From contig NZ_JAQFIQ010000033.1 in NCBI RefSeq assembly GCF_029504745.1, positions 1-26,238 on the forward strand: 26,238 nt of DNA, in the 5' to 3' direction. Positions within the stretch are counted from its first letter, which is position 1. Each line of letters begins with the position of its first letter. Below are positions 25,280 through 26,238 of the stretch, one piece after another. Under the pieces are notes generated by a model. It made no database searches. It was not told where the DNA came from and was given only the letters and a program-made list of their open reading frames with translations. This stretch comes from Breznakia sp. PF5-3. GTDB lineage: Bacteria > Bacillota_I > Bacilli_A > Erysipelotrichales > Erysipelotrichaceae. A program made the position numbers and the translations under genes.

Positions 25280-26113
25280 ATGATAGAGAATTTGCAGTTT
25301 GTGATTTGTGATATTGATAATACATTGGTTTCACCACTTACCCATGATATGCAGAAAAAAACCAAAGCGGTTATTCGTAAGCTTCATAAGCACGGTATTC
25401 ATTTTGGCCTGGCATCAGGAAGACCATTAGATGAAATCGATGCTCAGGTTGTGCGTTGGGGCATAGAGAAGGAAACAACGATGTTGTTGGGATTGAATGG
25501 ATGTGAGTTGTGGAATCGCAATGATAATAGTTTATATTCGTATTATTTATTGAAAAAAGAATGGATTAAAGAAATTTTAGAACTTATGAAACCCTTTGAT
25601 TTGAATCCTTATATGTATTTGGATGGGGGTAGATTTTTATGTACTAGAATGGATGAAATGGTACGCTATTCGGCTGAAAAAGTTGGCAAAGAAATCGTTT
25701 TAGTAAATGATATGAGTCAGTTTTATAAAGCAGAAAATGCGAAATTGATGTTTCGTATACCAGAAGATAGGATGGAAGAGGTAGAAGCTTATGTGAAGAA
25801 GCATCCTTCACCATACTACAAAGCGTTTAAAACGCAAACAACAATGCTTGAATTTGCTAATCGTAATGTTTCAAAAGCCTATGCAATGTTGGAATATTGT
25901 AAACAAGAACATATTGATATTAAGAATGTGATGGCCTTTGGAGATATGAGTAATGACAATGATATGTTAGAAGCGAGTGGACTTGGTGTTTGCTTGTTGA
26001 ATGGATCAGAAGATACAAAAGCTATAGCAGATGTAATTACAGAGAAAACTTGCGATGATGAAGGGTTTGCCCATTTTATTGAAGAACATATTTTTAAAGT
26101 AAACGGTTGGTAA
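25280..26113 (+). CDS. Cof-type HAD-IIB family hydrolase (sugar-phosphate phosphatase-like).
   Basis: Motifs seen are motif I FVICDIDNTLV, LASGRP, and the C-terminal AFGDMSNDNDML. The ORF track starts at ATG 25235, which lies inside the putative -10. ATG 25280 follows GGAGG (25265-25269) and gives the usual spacing to the DxD motif. Confidence 0.85.
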   Translation: MIENLQFVICDIDNTLVSPLTHDMQKKTKAVIRKLHKHGIHFGLASGRPLDEIDAQVVRWGIEKETTMLLGLNGCELWNRNDNSLYSYYLLKKEWIKEILELMKPFDLNPYMYLDGGRFLCTRMDEMVRYSAEKVGKEIVLVNDMSQFYKAENAKLMFRIPEDRMEEVEAYVKKHPSPYYKAFKTQTTMLEFANRNVSKAYAMLEYCKQEHIDIKNVMAFGDMSNDNDMLEASGLGVCLLNGSEDTKAIADVITEKTCDDEGFAHFIEEHIFKVNGW

Positions 26114-26140
26114 TCATAACCACTGATATAATCAGTGGTA

Positions 26141-26238
26141 TGCACTGACCCTGTAAGGGTCTTTTATTGTGTAGTCCTTCGACTACTAAATACCTGACAG
26201 TTACAACCTTTCTCCTAAGGCCTCTAAAAGAGGCTTTT
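26141..26238 (+). mobile_element. Possible left end of an IS3/IS150-group-like insertion sequence, truncated by the window edge.
   Basis: The segment starts TGCACTGACCC, which resembles the TGTACTGACCCC-type left inverted repeat I recall for IS150-group elements. It also partly resembles the reverse complement of the right end at 70-92. It contains no ATG, but an AAGAGG RBS-like motif lies at 26228-26233, right at the window edge, where orfA would start. Alternatively it is just a cluster of terminator hairpins. Confidence 0.35.

Noticed and set aside
1-26238. A scan for CRISPR arrays, tRNA/rRNA genes, riboswitch-like leaders and known defence-system gene sets.
   Set aside because: No spaced identical repeats, cloverleaf-like or rRNA-like segments were seen. 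No nuclease, helicase or methylase gene clusters were seen either. The long intergenic regions (2461-2700, 9584-9849, 23549-23806) show no convincing conserved-looking RNA structure by eye.

Overview
The window is AT-rich and its gene content suggests a gut Firmicutes, possibly Erysipelotrichia or Clostridia; this is inferred from gene content and codon style, not from any search. Most of it is a conserved housekeeping backbone. One part is a tightly overlapping uvrA-hprK-lgt(::HAD)-trxB operon. Another is the rapZ(yvcJ)-yvcK-whiA operon. Three accessory-looking modules accompany the backbone. (1) A divergent membrane-protein / MarR-PEBP cassette and a PhzF-like gene lie just inside an IS3-family right end at the 5' edge of the window. 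(2) A histidine-phosphatase gene and a 1732-codon wall-anchored multidomain glycoside hydrolase sit between trxB and rapZ. The hydrolase has clan GH-D-like catalytic motifs, two F5/8-type-C domains, a LamG domain and FIVAR repeats, and a near-perfect cre site lies upstream of it. (3) A sugar island holds a minus-strand PTS EIICB, GH4 6-phospho-alpha-glucosidase and EIIA operon with an RpiR regulator. Divergent from RpiR are an orphan GatZ/KbaZ-family gene and a Cof-type HAD phosphatase gene. The 3' edge shows a hairpin cluster that looks like the left end of another IS3/IS150-like element. I saw no rRNA, tRNA, CRISPR array or recognisable defence system. The most unusual items are the in-frame Lgt-PpaX-like fusion, the giant surface glycosidase with a non-canonical PSTG sorting signal, and the partnerless GatZ-like plus HAD phosphatase pair. 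All functional calls rest on motifs read by eye from the translations, and no database search was run.
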